64,000 bases of DNA, taken from a virus. The DNA is taken from IMG/VR virus record IMGVR_UViG_3300025704_000003; one strand, given 5' to 3'. The notes below the pieces were generated by a model. It was not told the DNA's origin. It searched no databases and saw only the letters and a list, made by a program, of their open reading frames with translations. Below, piece by piece: positions 54,128-62,549 of this stretch (its first letter is position 1; each line of letters begins with the position of its first letter). Position numbers and translations under genes: made by a program.

Positions 54128-54913
54128 ATGGGACTATTCTCTGACCTTAAAGGTATTACGGTATGGTTAGATATTTCTACATTCTGTAACGCGGCGTGTC
54201 CTCAATGTCACAGGACCGATCCAAACGGATTAGATAAAATGGATTGGTTACCACTAAAGAAGTGGGATCTCGAAGAATTTGTAAATGCATTTCCTGCTGG
54301 TTCAATGGATAGAATTGGCAAATTTTGGCTATGCGGAACGTGGGGTGATCCGCTTATGAGTAAAGATCTACTAGAAATGTGTAAACATATTATAGATCAC
54401 TCTAATGCAACAATTCATATTAACACTAATGGCGGATTAAGATCTCCAAGCTGGTGGGAAAAACTAGGTAGTTATTGCGGTGATAGATTACTAATCTATT
54501 TTGATATTGATGGCATTAATAATGAAATGCATGCCAAATATCGTCGAGGCGTTGAACTAGACAAAGTATTGGAAAACATGGAAGCGATTTCTAATACTCC
54601 AGCCAATGTAAAAGCTTTTATTATTTTGTTTAAGCACAACGAAAATTACACCTACGACATGATGAATCTAGCTAAAATGTATGGCGCTAATGAATGTTAT
54701 GTAATTAAATCAGACAGATTTTTAGTTAACAATAAATTTAGATTTGTAAATGAAGATGGAGAAGAAGAGTTTTTAGAAGAAATGACTAGAAAAGATTTAT
54801 CAAGACATATTATGAATAGTGAGTGGGTTGACCGAGCAGAAGAATTTGTTCAGTCCAGACAGACTAAAGATAAAAATCAAATGAAAGACTTAGATAATGC
54901 CTACATCAGATAA
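54128..54913 (+). CDS. radical SAM protein
   Basis: CNAACPQC, GTWGDP, NTNG. Confidence 0.9.
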   Translation: MGLFSDLKGITVWLDISTFCNAACPQCHRTDPNGLDKMDWLPLKKWDLEEFVNAFPAGSMDRIGKFWLCGTWGDPLMSKDLLEMCKHIIDHSNATIHINTNGGLRSPSWWEKLGSYCGDRLLIYFDIDGINNEMHAKYRRGVELDKVLENMEAISNTPANVKAFIILFKHNENYTYDMMNLAKMYGANECYVIKSDRFLVNNKFRFVNEDGEEEFLEEMTRKDLSRHIMNSEWVDRAEEFVQSRQTKDKNQMKDLDNAYIR

Positions 54914-55229
54914 GCCGTGTATCGAATGTATGTGGCAAAAGGATAACACTATATTAATTAATCCTGACGGTCAAGTATATCCATGCTGCTACTTAGGAAA
55001 TATACATTACACGGCACTTGCTACTAATCATAAGAGTGGACTAACTTTCTCTAAGTATGAAGTATTAGCGAAATATCATGCTCAAAGAGAAAAGTTTAAT
55101 ATTAATACTAATAATATAGATGACATTTTAGAATCCGAATGGTTTAACGAAACTTTGCCTGAATCATGGGAAAGTTATGATACAACTCCTGGACCATGTT
55201 TACAGTGGTGCAATAATGCTGAGAAATAA
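54897..55229 (+). CDS. stand-alone SPASM domain protein
   Basis: IEC...INPDGQVYPCC...PCLQWC. Confidence 0.75.
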   Translation: MPTSDKPCIECMWQKDNTILINPDGQVYPCCYLGNIHYTALATNHKSGLTFSKYEVLAKYHAQREKFNINTNNIDDILESEWFNETLPESWESYDTTPGPCLQWCNNAEK

Positions 55230-55830
55230 AGGCAAGCCATTTATAATATGGGCATCAGCTAGAACAGCAAGTCTCGGTTTATATTATGATTATAAAGTCA
55301 AGAATAATCAGGTCGGGCACGAGACTAAGGGGCATCTACCTCTTGAAAAGGATGATAGCGAGCTAACATATCTTTTTGATAACAACTACTCTTTTTGTTA
55401 TCATTTATCAGGATATGATCATATTGGCTCATCAATAGAAAAAGCTATACAACATTTGAGTCAGCAGCAGGACTACCATCATATAATTTTATATCGAGAA
55501 GATGCAGTTGCCAGATATAAATCTACATTGCTTGCTTTAGCTACAGGTGCTTGGCATGCTCAAGATAGATTTATTATAAATGATGCAAAGTGGGATGAGC
55601 ATAAAGATAGAGATTGGGTTACACTAGAAAAGGAAATACAAAAACATTATTTCCATATAAAAGAGTGGCTTGATAACACAAATCAAGAATATGACGTTGT
55701 CGAATTTAATGAAGCTATAAAATACATATCTTCTTATACAGGTAATAATAACCATAAATTCCATAAAGCAATACCAGAAAATCCGAAACTTGAAAAAGAA
55801 TTAGAAAAATTAAATTTAACTATTTTATAA
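55216..55830 (+). CDS. sulfotransferase-like protein
   Basis: IIWASARTAS PAPS-binding-like loop; ILYRED...YKS. Confidence 0.55.
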   Translation: MLRNKGKPFIIWASARTASLGLYYDYKVKNNQVGHETKGHLPLEKDDSELTYLFDNNYSFCYHLSGYDHIGSSIEKAIQHLSQQQDYHHIILYREDAVARYKSTLLALATGAWHAQDRFIINDAKWDEHKDRDWVTLEKEIQKHYFHIKEWLDNTNQEYDVVEFNEAIKYISSYTGNNNHKFHKAIPENPKLEKELEKLNLTIL

Positions 55831-55907
55831 GTGATTGATTCTCAACAAAACTATTTTTGCAAAAAGCGAAATTAACTGTGTACAAACGCTTTTGAATAGT
55901 GTAGGAT
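55828..55907 (+). promoter_or_regulatory. early promoter (TGTACA-N17-TAGGAT) with an IHF-like site
   Basis: TAAGTGATTGATT matches YAANNNNTTGATW. Confidence 0.75.
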
Positions 55908-55932
55908 GGTTACATCAAATGAGGAGATAGTC

Positions 55933-56310
55933 ATGAAATTCGCAGTATACCAAATCCAACTCACAGCAGCTCAGCGCAAAACAGTTAACGAGTCTGGTGA
56001 CTTCGACTCAGTACCAGCTTTTGCAGCTAAGACTAAAATGTCTATGGATTTCTCAGGCAATAAAATCGGTGGTCTGGCTTCTGATGCTTTTGATGCTGGT
56101 TACTACACTCACGTTGCTAACATCACAGCCGAAGATTACAACGATTGTTTCGAGGTTGGTAACATCGGTCCTGACGAAAACATTGAGCGTTTAGGTCTTA
56201 TGTCTTCACTTTCAGTTGGTGATGTTATTGTCGCTGAAGATGGTACAGTAGCGGTTATCGCTCCAATTGGCTTCGTAGCTTTCTCTCACAATCCAAAGAT
56301 AGCAGCATAA
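55933..56310 (+). CDS. hypothetical early protein
   Basis: GAGGAG SD; SLSVGDVI motif (YodL-like). Confidence 0.75.
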   Translation: MKFAVYQIQLTAAQRKTVNESGDFDSVPAFAAKTKMSMDFSGNKIGGLASDAFDAGYYTHVANITAEDYNDCFEVGNIGPDENIERLGLMSSLSVGDVIVAEDGTVAVIAPIGFVAFSHNPKIAA

Positions 56311-56588
56311 TGGAAGGCGTAAATCAGGAAATACGTAATAGGATTCGTCTTTCGGTAGCAGCATACGCTTACGAATATAAAGACGATCCTGTTATGTCTG
56401 ATGCTTCTTTTGATGAATTGTCTAGACAAATTGATATTACGGTTAAGACTGGTAATCGTAAACTAGACAATTTTTTTAAAAAGCATTTTGAGCCTGACAC
56501 TGGTATGTGGATCCGCAAGCATCCTGAGCGTAACAAGTTGGATCACATCTATAGAAATTATTATGGAGGGGAAGCATATGGATCTTAA
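56310..56588 (+). CDS. stand-alone NAD-dependent DNA ligase domain Ia-like protein
   Basis: AYAYEYKDDPVMSDASFDEL. Confidence 0.65.
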   Translation: MEGVNQEIRNRIRLSVAAYAYEYKDDPVMSDASFDELSRQIDITVKTGNRKLDNFFKKHFEPDTGMWIRKHPERNKLDHIYRNYYGGEAYGS

Positions 56589-56889
56589 ATTTACAACGTG
56601 CGGTGACTATATGAAAGGAAAAGAAGATGAAAAAGAATGGTTTGAATTTGGAGGAGTCACATACGATGTTACCTTCGGACAATCTGACACGGTTAGGCAT
56701 GGCGGTCCTTTTGACCGCGGAAGCGCTGATTCGTACTATGGTCGTACTGTTGATCCCCATTATTGGCCTAGTGGCACTTATAAAGCACTTCGGGTAGAAT
56801 CCATAGATATGACTAAAGATGAAATCCAAGAATATTATGCTGGCTACGAGTACAATGAAGTGTCTGGAGATAAGAAGGATTGGGGATGA
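56578..56889 (+). CDS. hypothetical protein
   Basis: HGGPFDRGSADSYYGR...EYYAGY. Confidence 0.75.
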   Translation: MDLKFTTCGDYMKGKEDEKEWFEFGGVTYDVTFGQSDTVRHGGPFDRGSADSYYGRTVDPHYWPSGTYKALRVESIDMTKDEIQEYYAGYEYNEVSGDKKDWG

Positions 56890-57026
56890 TTAAGGTCAAC
56901 GGTAAAATCTTTAATTGTGTATTAGATGCTATTGAGTATCGCGATATCCTTGATGCTCACTATATAAAGGTAGTGTGGACTTATCTGAGTAAAGAAAGAG
57001 CAACAAATGATTACCGTCGAGTTTGA
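56886..57026 (+). CDS. small hypothetical protein (46 aa)
   Basis: ATGA-coupled ORF. Confidence 0.5.
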   Translation: MIKVNGKIFNCVLDAIEYRDILDAHYIKVVWTYLSKERATNDYRRV

Positions 57027-57234
57027 TATGGATGAAACGCTTATCACTGTCTTAGACGATACCGGAGAGTTGGAGGATGTGTCAGTCTTTATGTTTGAAG
57101 ACTATATACACATTCGGCAATGGAATGAGAAGATGCAAAAGTTTGATGTAATTACTATGAAACCTGAAATGTATTTGAAGCTAATGCGAGCATGGAGATT
57201 GCCTGAAGGTTCTTACGTGATGAATTATGAGTAG
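57007..57234 (+). CDS. hypothetical protein
   Basis: ORF. Confidence 0.7.
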   Translation: MITVEFDMDETLITVLDDTGELEDVSVFMFEDYIHIRQWNEKMQKFDVITMKPEMYLKLMRAWRLPEGSYVMNYE

Positions 57235-57235
57235 G

Positions 57236-57281
57236 TGTGACAACTTGTCACATGTACATTACTGTGTTTTTAGTGTAGTAT
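57236..57281 (+). promoter_or_regulatory. early promoter (TGTACA-N17-TAGTAT) preceded by palindrome TGTGACAACTTGTCACA
   Basis: Seen directly in the sequence. Confidence 0.7.
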
Positions 57282-57292
57282 GATTTTATAAC

Positions 57293-57577
57293 ATGGAGAA
57301 TAATATGACTGATCAACAAAAAGCAGACCGTCTTGCACTTATCGCTAAAATCGCACATAAACAAAAAGTCGAAAAAGCAACAAAGGTACGGATGGCTAAA
57401 GTAAAGGCCAGCTCTAAAACTCTCACAAAACGTGTACCTAAAAAAGCTCGTTCGTTCATGGACATTCCTAAAGAAGGAAACAATGTTTACGCGTGGACTG
57501 ATGCATCAAAATATGCAAAAGAATATTATGGAGAAACCTTGTATGAAACAACCAGATACGACAACGAATGGGATTAA
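57293..57577 (+). CDS. hypothetical protein
   Basis: ORF after an early promoter. Confidence 0.7.
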   Translation: MENNMTDQQKADRLALIAKIAHKQKVEKATKVRMAKVKASSKTLTKRVPKKARSFMDIPKEGNNVYAWTDASKYAKEYYGETLYETTRYDNEWD

Positions 57578-57587
57578 TGGAATTGAA

Positions 57588-57896
57588 ATGGAATTGATGC
57601 TGAACCCTATTAAGGCTCAGCTTGATGACATGGATAAGAAGATCAATACTCTATGCGAAGTAACGTTAGCTTGGAATGAAAGCATTGATAACATTAACAG
57701 GCATCTGACCGAAAGCATGGAAGTAATTAAACAGGAAATAGGAATTTCCAGCTGGGTTGATGATAGCAGTGCACTCATCGATATCAATAAATTTATTTTG
57801 AAAAGTTCTTATGAAAAGGACGAAAAGGATGAGAAGGTAATTAGACTCAAACCTGAATTATTTAATGGAGGCGAAAGCAATGATGATGGAAATTGA
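57588..57896 (+). CDS. hypothetical protein
   Basis: ORF; start uncertain. Confidence 0.55.
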   Translation: MELMLNPIKAQLDDMDKKINTLCEVTLAWNESIDNINRHLTESMEVIKQEIGISSWVDDSSALIDINKFILKSSYEKDEKDEKVIRLKPELFNGGESNDDGN

Positions 57897-57909
57897 ATTG
57901 GAGAAAATT

Positions 57910-58143
57910 GTGAACCGTAATGAAATGATTGAAGAGTTGCTTAAACGCAACTGCAAAGTCATTTTTCAAAAAGTTGATGGAACGGAACGTACTATGATTT
58001 GTACGTTACAAGAATCAGCTATTGGAACTGACAAAGCACAGCGTGATGTAAAGTCTCGCAACGAAAATGTAATAGCAGTTTGGGATGTAGAAAATAAAGG
58101 ATGGCGGTCATTTAAAACCGATTCAGTAATTTCTTTTTCTTAA
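57910..58143 (+). CDS. SH3-like/WYL_2-type small protein
   Basis: FQKVDGTERTMICTL, VWDVENKGWRSF. Confidence 0.7.
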   Translation: MNRNEMIEELLKRNCKVIFQKVDGTERTMICTLQESAIGTDKAQRDVKSRNENVIAVWDVENKGWRSFKTDSVISFS

Positions 58144-58166
58144 TAAATAAATAAAAAGGAGATTAC

Positions 58167-58370
58167 ATGTATATTTCACTCGAAGTGTTTTTTGCAATTG
58201 TTACGTGCGCAGTTTCGTATTTTACATATGTATTAGGTAAACGAGACAATGAAACACATCGACAAGAAATTGTTGATGCTACTATAGATTATCTTATTAA
58301 TGAAAATATGGTCAGATGGGAACGCAGATCCGACGGCGAAATAGAATTATTTGCGCTCGACGAAAAATAA
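58167..58370 (+). CDS. small membrane protein
   Basis: AAGGAG SD, N-terminal TM. Confidence 0.7.
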   Translation: MYISLEVFFAIVTCAVSYFTYVLGKRDNETHRQEIVDATIDYLINENMVRWERRSDGEIELFALDEK

Positions 58371-58373
58371 GTG

Positions 58374-58402
58374 TGTACATCCGATTAAAACTGTGTTAGA
58401 AT
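58374..58402 (+). promoter_or_regulatory. early promoter (TGTACA-N17-TAGAAT)
   Basis: Repeated promoter family. Confidence 0.75.
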
Positions 58403-58423
58403 AGTGTTATTGATGAGGAATAT

Positions 58424-58909
58424 ATGATGAACAAACCTGTGAAAATTCGTAAGAAGCGTAAGCCAATGTCAGCCGAACAACGTGAAGCAGCTGCTGAACG
58501 TCTTAAGCTAGCCCGCGAAAAGCGTATGAAGAATAATCCTCCCACCTATAAAAACATTCATGAAAGTGTTTTAGCTATTCCAGACGATCAGCCTATGTCT
58601 CTAAAGAGCGTACGGCATTGGATTAAAACACAAAAGGATCTTATGTCATCAGAGCGTAAAGCTATGAAGATGGATCCTCAAAATAAAACTGGAGCATATA
58701 GTCGATATCATAATTGTCAAGCATACATCCGTAATCTAGAACGTTATTTACGTGATGGCACCTATATAGACGGGTTTTACGGTGAGTACGGTAAGTCTCT
58801 TATGAAATGGAAATGTGTAGTTCCTTCGTATGATAAAGAGGGTAATATTAAACGTACTCATGGTGTCTATTATGAAGACCTAGGTATGACTTGGAGTGAC
58901 TATGATTGA
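58424..58909 (+). CDS. conserved hypothetical protein upstream of gene 33
   Basis: ERLKLAREKR; YLRDG. Confidence 0.75.
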   Translation: MMNKPVKIRKKRKPMSAEQREAAAERLKLAREKRMKNNPPTYKNIHESVLAIPDDQPMSLKSVRHWIKTQKDLMSSERKAMKMDPQNKTGAYSRYHNCQAYIRNLERYLRDGTYIDGFYGEYGKSLMKWKCVVPSYDKEGNIKRTHGVYYEDLGMTWSDYD

Positions 58910-59132
58910 ATCAAAATTCTTAACTAAATCGAAATTCAGTGTTCTTATTGAGAACGCTGTCATCAAGCAGAAAATGTCATACATGGACGCTGTTCTCGAC
59001 GTCTGTGATAAAAATAACATTGATCCTGAGGATGTAAAGAAATTTATATCCACCCCGATTCGAGACAAAATTGAAGCCGAAGCAATGCGGCTTAACTATC
59101 TTCCGAAAGGAAATACACTACTTTTTGAATAG
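58902..59132 (+). CDS. 33: late transcription coactivator gp33
   Basis: FSVLIE, SYMDAVL, KIEAEAMRLNYL. Confidence 0.88.
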   Translation: MIESKFLTKSKFSVLIENAVIKQKMSYMDAVLDVCDKNNIDPEDVKKFISTPIRDKIEAEAMRLNYLPKGNTLLFE

Positions 59133-59141
59133 GAGAGTACT

Positions 59142-59291
59142 ATGACACAAACTCGTGACGAACGTATGGCAAAATCAGAGGCAGCTCGTGATAAACGTAA
59201 GATGCTTAAAAAAACCTTACTGTCGAAAACTGAAAGGTTTTATACGAGAATGAGAAAACTCCGACGAAAGAAGTCGAAACAAAATTTATAA
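59142..59291 (+). CDS. small basic protein (49 aa)
   Basis: AGGAG SD; K/R-rich. Confidence 0.6.
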   Translation: MTQTRDERMAKSEAARDKRKMLKKTLLSKTERFYTRMRKLRRKKSKQNL

Positions 59292-59363
59292 ATACGGTGT
59301 ACAACAACGTAAGAATGTTGTATAATAATACAGTTAATACTACAGCAATACAAGGAAAAATAA
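59287..59363 (+). promoter_or_regulatory. gene 32 control region: late promoter, early promoter and an A-rich AATAC-repeat leader
   Basis: TATAAATA 59287; TGTACA 59298-N17-TATAAT 59321; three AATAC repeats. Confidence 0.75.
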
Positions 59364-60269
59364 ATGTCTTTTGCAAATCTAAAGCGTAACAAGGATAATA
59401 TCTCTAAACTCATTAAAGCTGCTGAAGCAACCGGTGGTGGTGGCGAGAAGAAATCCTATGCAGACGAACGTCTGTGGAAACCTACAGTAGATCAAGCGGG
59501 TAATGGTTACGCCATTCTGCGATTCCTTCCTGCTCGTGAAGGTGCAGAACTGCCTTGGGCACGGTACTGGGACCATGGTTTTAAAGGACCAACAGGTCAA
59601 TGGTACATTGAAAAGTCTCTCACATCTATCGGCCAACCAGATCCAGTAGGCGAATTGAATTCTCGTCTATGGAATACTGGTATTGAAGAAGATAAAGAAG
59701 CTGCTCGTCGACAAAAACGTCGGTTGCATTACGTAACTAATGTCTATGTTGTATCTGATCCATCTAATCCTGAGCGTGAAGGCCAAGTCTTCTTGTATCA
59801 GTTTGGTAAGAAAATCCATGACAAAATTATGGATATGATGCAGCCTGAATTTGCTGATGAAGATGCAGTAAATCCATTTGATATGTGGGAAGGTGCAGAC
59901 TTTAAACTTAAGATTCGTAATGTCGAAGGTTATCGTAACTATGACAAATCTGAGTTTGCTCGTCCAGCTCCACTCTTGGGTGGCGATGATGCGGCGCTAG
60001 AAGCTGTCTATGATAAGATGTATGATCTATCCGAATGGTCAGATCCTTCAAGTTATAAGACATACGATGAACTTAAAACTAAACTGAGTTCCATCCTCGG
60101 TGAGGTTGCTGGTATGGGTGCGATGACTATGTCGCAAAACACTCAGATGAATGAACCTGAGTCTGCTCCATCACCGCAACGCATCGAACCGGTGGCGGCA
60201 GAGAATATCAAAGTCGAAGACGATGATGACACTCTAAGCTATTTTGCAAAATTAGCTGAAGCCGACTAA
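59364..60269 (+). CDS. 32: single-stranded DNA-binding protein gp32
   Basis: GNGYAILRFLP, HGFKGPTGQWYIE, FGKKI, NYDKSEF, acidic tail. Confidence 0.95.
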   Translation: MSFANLKRNKDNISKLIKAAEATGGGGEKKSYADERLWKPTVDQAGNGYAILRFLPAREGAELPWARYWDHGFKGPTGQWYIEKSLTSIGQPDPVGELNSRLWNTGIEEDKEAARRQKRRLHYVTNVYVVSDPSNPEREGQVFLYQFGKKIHDKIMDMMQPEFADEDAVNPFDMWEGADFKLKIRNVEGYRNYDKSEFARPAPLLGGDDAALEAVYDKMYDLSEWSDPSSYKTYDELKTKLSSILGEVAGMGAMTMSQNTQMNEPESAPSPQRIEPVAAENIKVEDDDDTLSYFAKLAEAD

Positions 60270-60363
60270 AAATCCTAAAGAGGAAGTGGCCCTCTACTTT
60301 AGGTCGGTAAAAGCACTGGTACCGGATAACCCAGTCGGTTGATGCATACGTGAAATGCATATA

Positions 60364-60396
60364 GAAAGGGAGGCACCTAGGAAGGCCTCCCTTTTG
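60364..60396. terminator. bidirectional rho-independent terminator
   Basis: AAAGGGAGGC...GCCTCCCTTTT between convergent genes. Confidence 0.8.
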
Positions 60397-60398
60397 AT

Positions 60399-62357
60399 TT
60401 ATTGAACAAGCGCAAACCCGTCATTATTATTACCGGTTGCAACTGCAGTAGTAGTGGAGCTATTACTGTTATCAGTGTTGCTATTATCGATATTATTAAT
60501 AACTACCTGCTGAAAGTTTTTGCCCAGTTCGCTTGCTATAGCTTGTACAGCCTGAAGAGCCGCTGCCGTTTCAGAATCTCTTGTGCTAACGCGTTCTGCT
60601 GTAGAAGAATTATTAGCATTAATTCTAGATCGAGCTACGGCCCGTGATGAGTCGTCTCCTAGACCCACAGAAAATGTTGGCATTACTTCAAACGGAAATC
60701 TGTCTTTTATAAAGTCTGGAATAAGGCTTGATGTTGGTTTAGGTATTGTTATTCCAGGGAAGCTGAATTGCAATGATTCAGATAATATAATATATAATTC
60801 ATCACCAAGGTTATTAATAAAATTAAACACTTTATCAAAAGCATTTTTAAATCCATTAGTGATTCGTGTTACCTGGTAATTAAATTCAGCTGCGACTAGA
60901 TCTCTCATTAGTCCAAAGTTATCGCCGACAAACCTTACTACGTTTTTGATTCCATTCCATACTGGATCAACCATGTCAGTAAAACTAAATCCTCTTAAGA
61001 TTTCTGCAGCGTTTTCCATACCAAACTTTTCAAGCAACCAGGCAGGTATCGTTATAAAGAGCAAGTCAAACGCTTCGGTAATACCTTTAACTACCCCAAG
61101 AAGACCTCCTTCAATACCTGCTATTAACTTCTCTCCGAAGGTAGCGCCTTCTTCTTCGCTAGTAAATCCGTCATAAAACCCTGTAACAAAATCTATAACG
61201 CTTATCAATATTTGCGTAAAGGGTCTCAATACGGTTTTCAATACAAGCTCTATAGGCTTAAGTAAAGGTTTTAAAAATCCATAAGCTTTATCAAGGAAAT
61301 CAGTAACTTTACCAAATGCACCAGCGAACTTCTCGGCAATACTAACACCGTCTTCTCCTACGCCAAATGATATTTTTGGAAACTTAGGTAATTCAAGATC
61401 AATTTTACTTACATAGTCACCGACGGCACTTAAAAATCCTATCTTAGGAATTTCTGGGACCTTAAGATCTATTTTACTTATTTTGTCACCAGCCTGATTT
61501 AAAAAACTTATTGCTGGTACTGACAATTTAAATTTAATATTATCAATAAATTTACCAGCGTCATCGATAAAATTGATTGCTGGCAACTTAATTTTAAAAT
61601 CGATAAAGTTAGTTATTGCTTTACCAGCATCATCGACAAAATTAATTACTGGTAGCTTGATCTTATAGTCAATAAAATCTGCTATCTTTGTTCCAGCAGC
61701 GTCAACAAAATTGATTACTGGTAGCTTGATCTTGTAATCTATAAAGTCACTAATCTTTGTTCCAGCTGCATCAACAAAATTGATTACTGGTAGCCTAATT
61801 TTAAAATCAATAAATTCACCAATGGCCTCACCAGCAGAGGTAATAAATCTAGGAATAGGAATTTGCGGCAATTTTATTTTACCCCAGCTCCCATCTTCAA
61901 ATGTTATTTTAGGTAATTTAGGCAGCTTAAACTCTGTTATAGATTTTAGCGAGGTTCCAAGTGCGGTAAGAGACGCTTTTGCATTTTTAACTAGTCTAGG
62001 AAGATCTAAAGCTTTAAGAGCAGCATCAAAGCCGGTAAGCGATGCTAAAGATGCAATGCCCAATGGGCTAGTTAACAGTCTTAGTGCACCATATAAAGAA
62101 GCAAGATCTCCTAAACCAATAGAGCCAGTAGTTTTTTCAAGAGCCTTACTAATACCAGCTCCGGTAGTACCACCGGTTTTACTACTGCCTTCTATCTTAT
62201 CTTCTAGGCTATCTCCACCAAAAAATTTTCTTACAAGTACGCCAGTTAAATCATCGACCGATTTAGTCGTTTCCGTTTGAGCGTCAATAAGGTCATCGGT
62301 CTGCTTCATTTCTGAACGCATAACGTGTATAAGATCGTTTAGTGTTGTATCAGCCAT
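60399..62357 (-). CDS. putative tail tape measure / gp29-like protein
   Basis: Lies downstream of gp26/51; amphipathic helical segments; 23-aa tandem repeats. Confidence 0.6.
   Translation of the reverse strand: MADTTLNDLIHVMRSEMKQTDDLIDAQTETTKSVDDLTGVLVRKFFGGDSLEDKIEGSSKTGGTTGAGISKALEKTTGSIGLGDLASLYGALRLLTSPLGIASLASLTGFDAALKALDLPRLVKNAKASLTALGTSLKSITEFKLPKLPKITFEDGSWGKIKLPQIPIPRFITSAGEAIGEFIDFKIRLPVINFVDAAGTKISDFIDYKIKLPVINFVDAAGTKIADFIDYKIKLPVINFVDDAGKAITNFIDFKIKLPAINFIDDAGKFIDNIKFKLSVPAISFLNQAGDKISKIDLKVPEIPKIGFLSAVGDYVSKIDLELPKFPKISFGVGEDGVSIAEKFAGAFGKVTDFLDKAYGFLKPLLKPIELVLKTVLRPFTQILISVIDFVTGFYDGFTSEEEGATFGEKLIAGIEGGLLGVVKGITEAFDLLFITIPAWLLEKFGMENAAEILRGFSFTDMVDPVWNGIKNVVRFVGDNFGLMRDLVAAEFNYQVTRITNGFKNAFDKVFNFINNLGDELYIILSESLQFSFPGITIPKPTSSLIPDFIKDRFPFEVMPTFSVGLGDDSSRAVARSRINANNSSTAERVSTRDSETAAALQAVQAIASELGKNFQQVVINNIDNSNTDNSNSSTTTAVATGNNNDGFALVQ
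61380..61870 (-). repeat. 69-nt (23-aa) tandem repeat, about 4 well-conserved plus degenerate copies
   Basis: FIDxKIKLPVINFVDAAGTKIxD; TTGATTACTG at 61711 and 61780. Confidence 0.85.
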
Positions 62358-62549
62358 TTATTTGCTCAAACTCTTGTCTCTTGCTCTCTCATTTTCTTCT
62401 TTAATATGTTCAATAAGCAGTGTTAAATAAATTTCCCTCTCCCAGGGTACCATGTTTTCTATTTCAGATAACGAATAATGGTGATGTTGCATCAAAGCAA
62501 AATTCGTTTTAAAATATCCAACTAATGATTCATGAGAAAGGCATATTAC
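62358..62549 (-). CDS. 51: gp51-like baseplate/tail assembly protein; probably a -1 frameshift extension of gp26
   Basis: VICLSHESLVGYFKTNFALMQHHHYSLSEIENMVPWEREIY...; first ATG (62492) has no SD. Confidence 0.75.
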   Translation of the reverse strand, partial: VICLSHESLVGYFKTNFALMQHHHYSLSEIENMVPWEREIYLTLLIEHIKEENERARDKSLSK

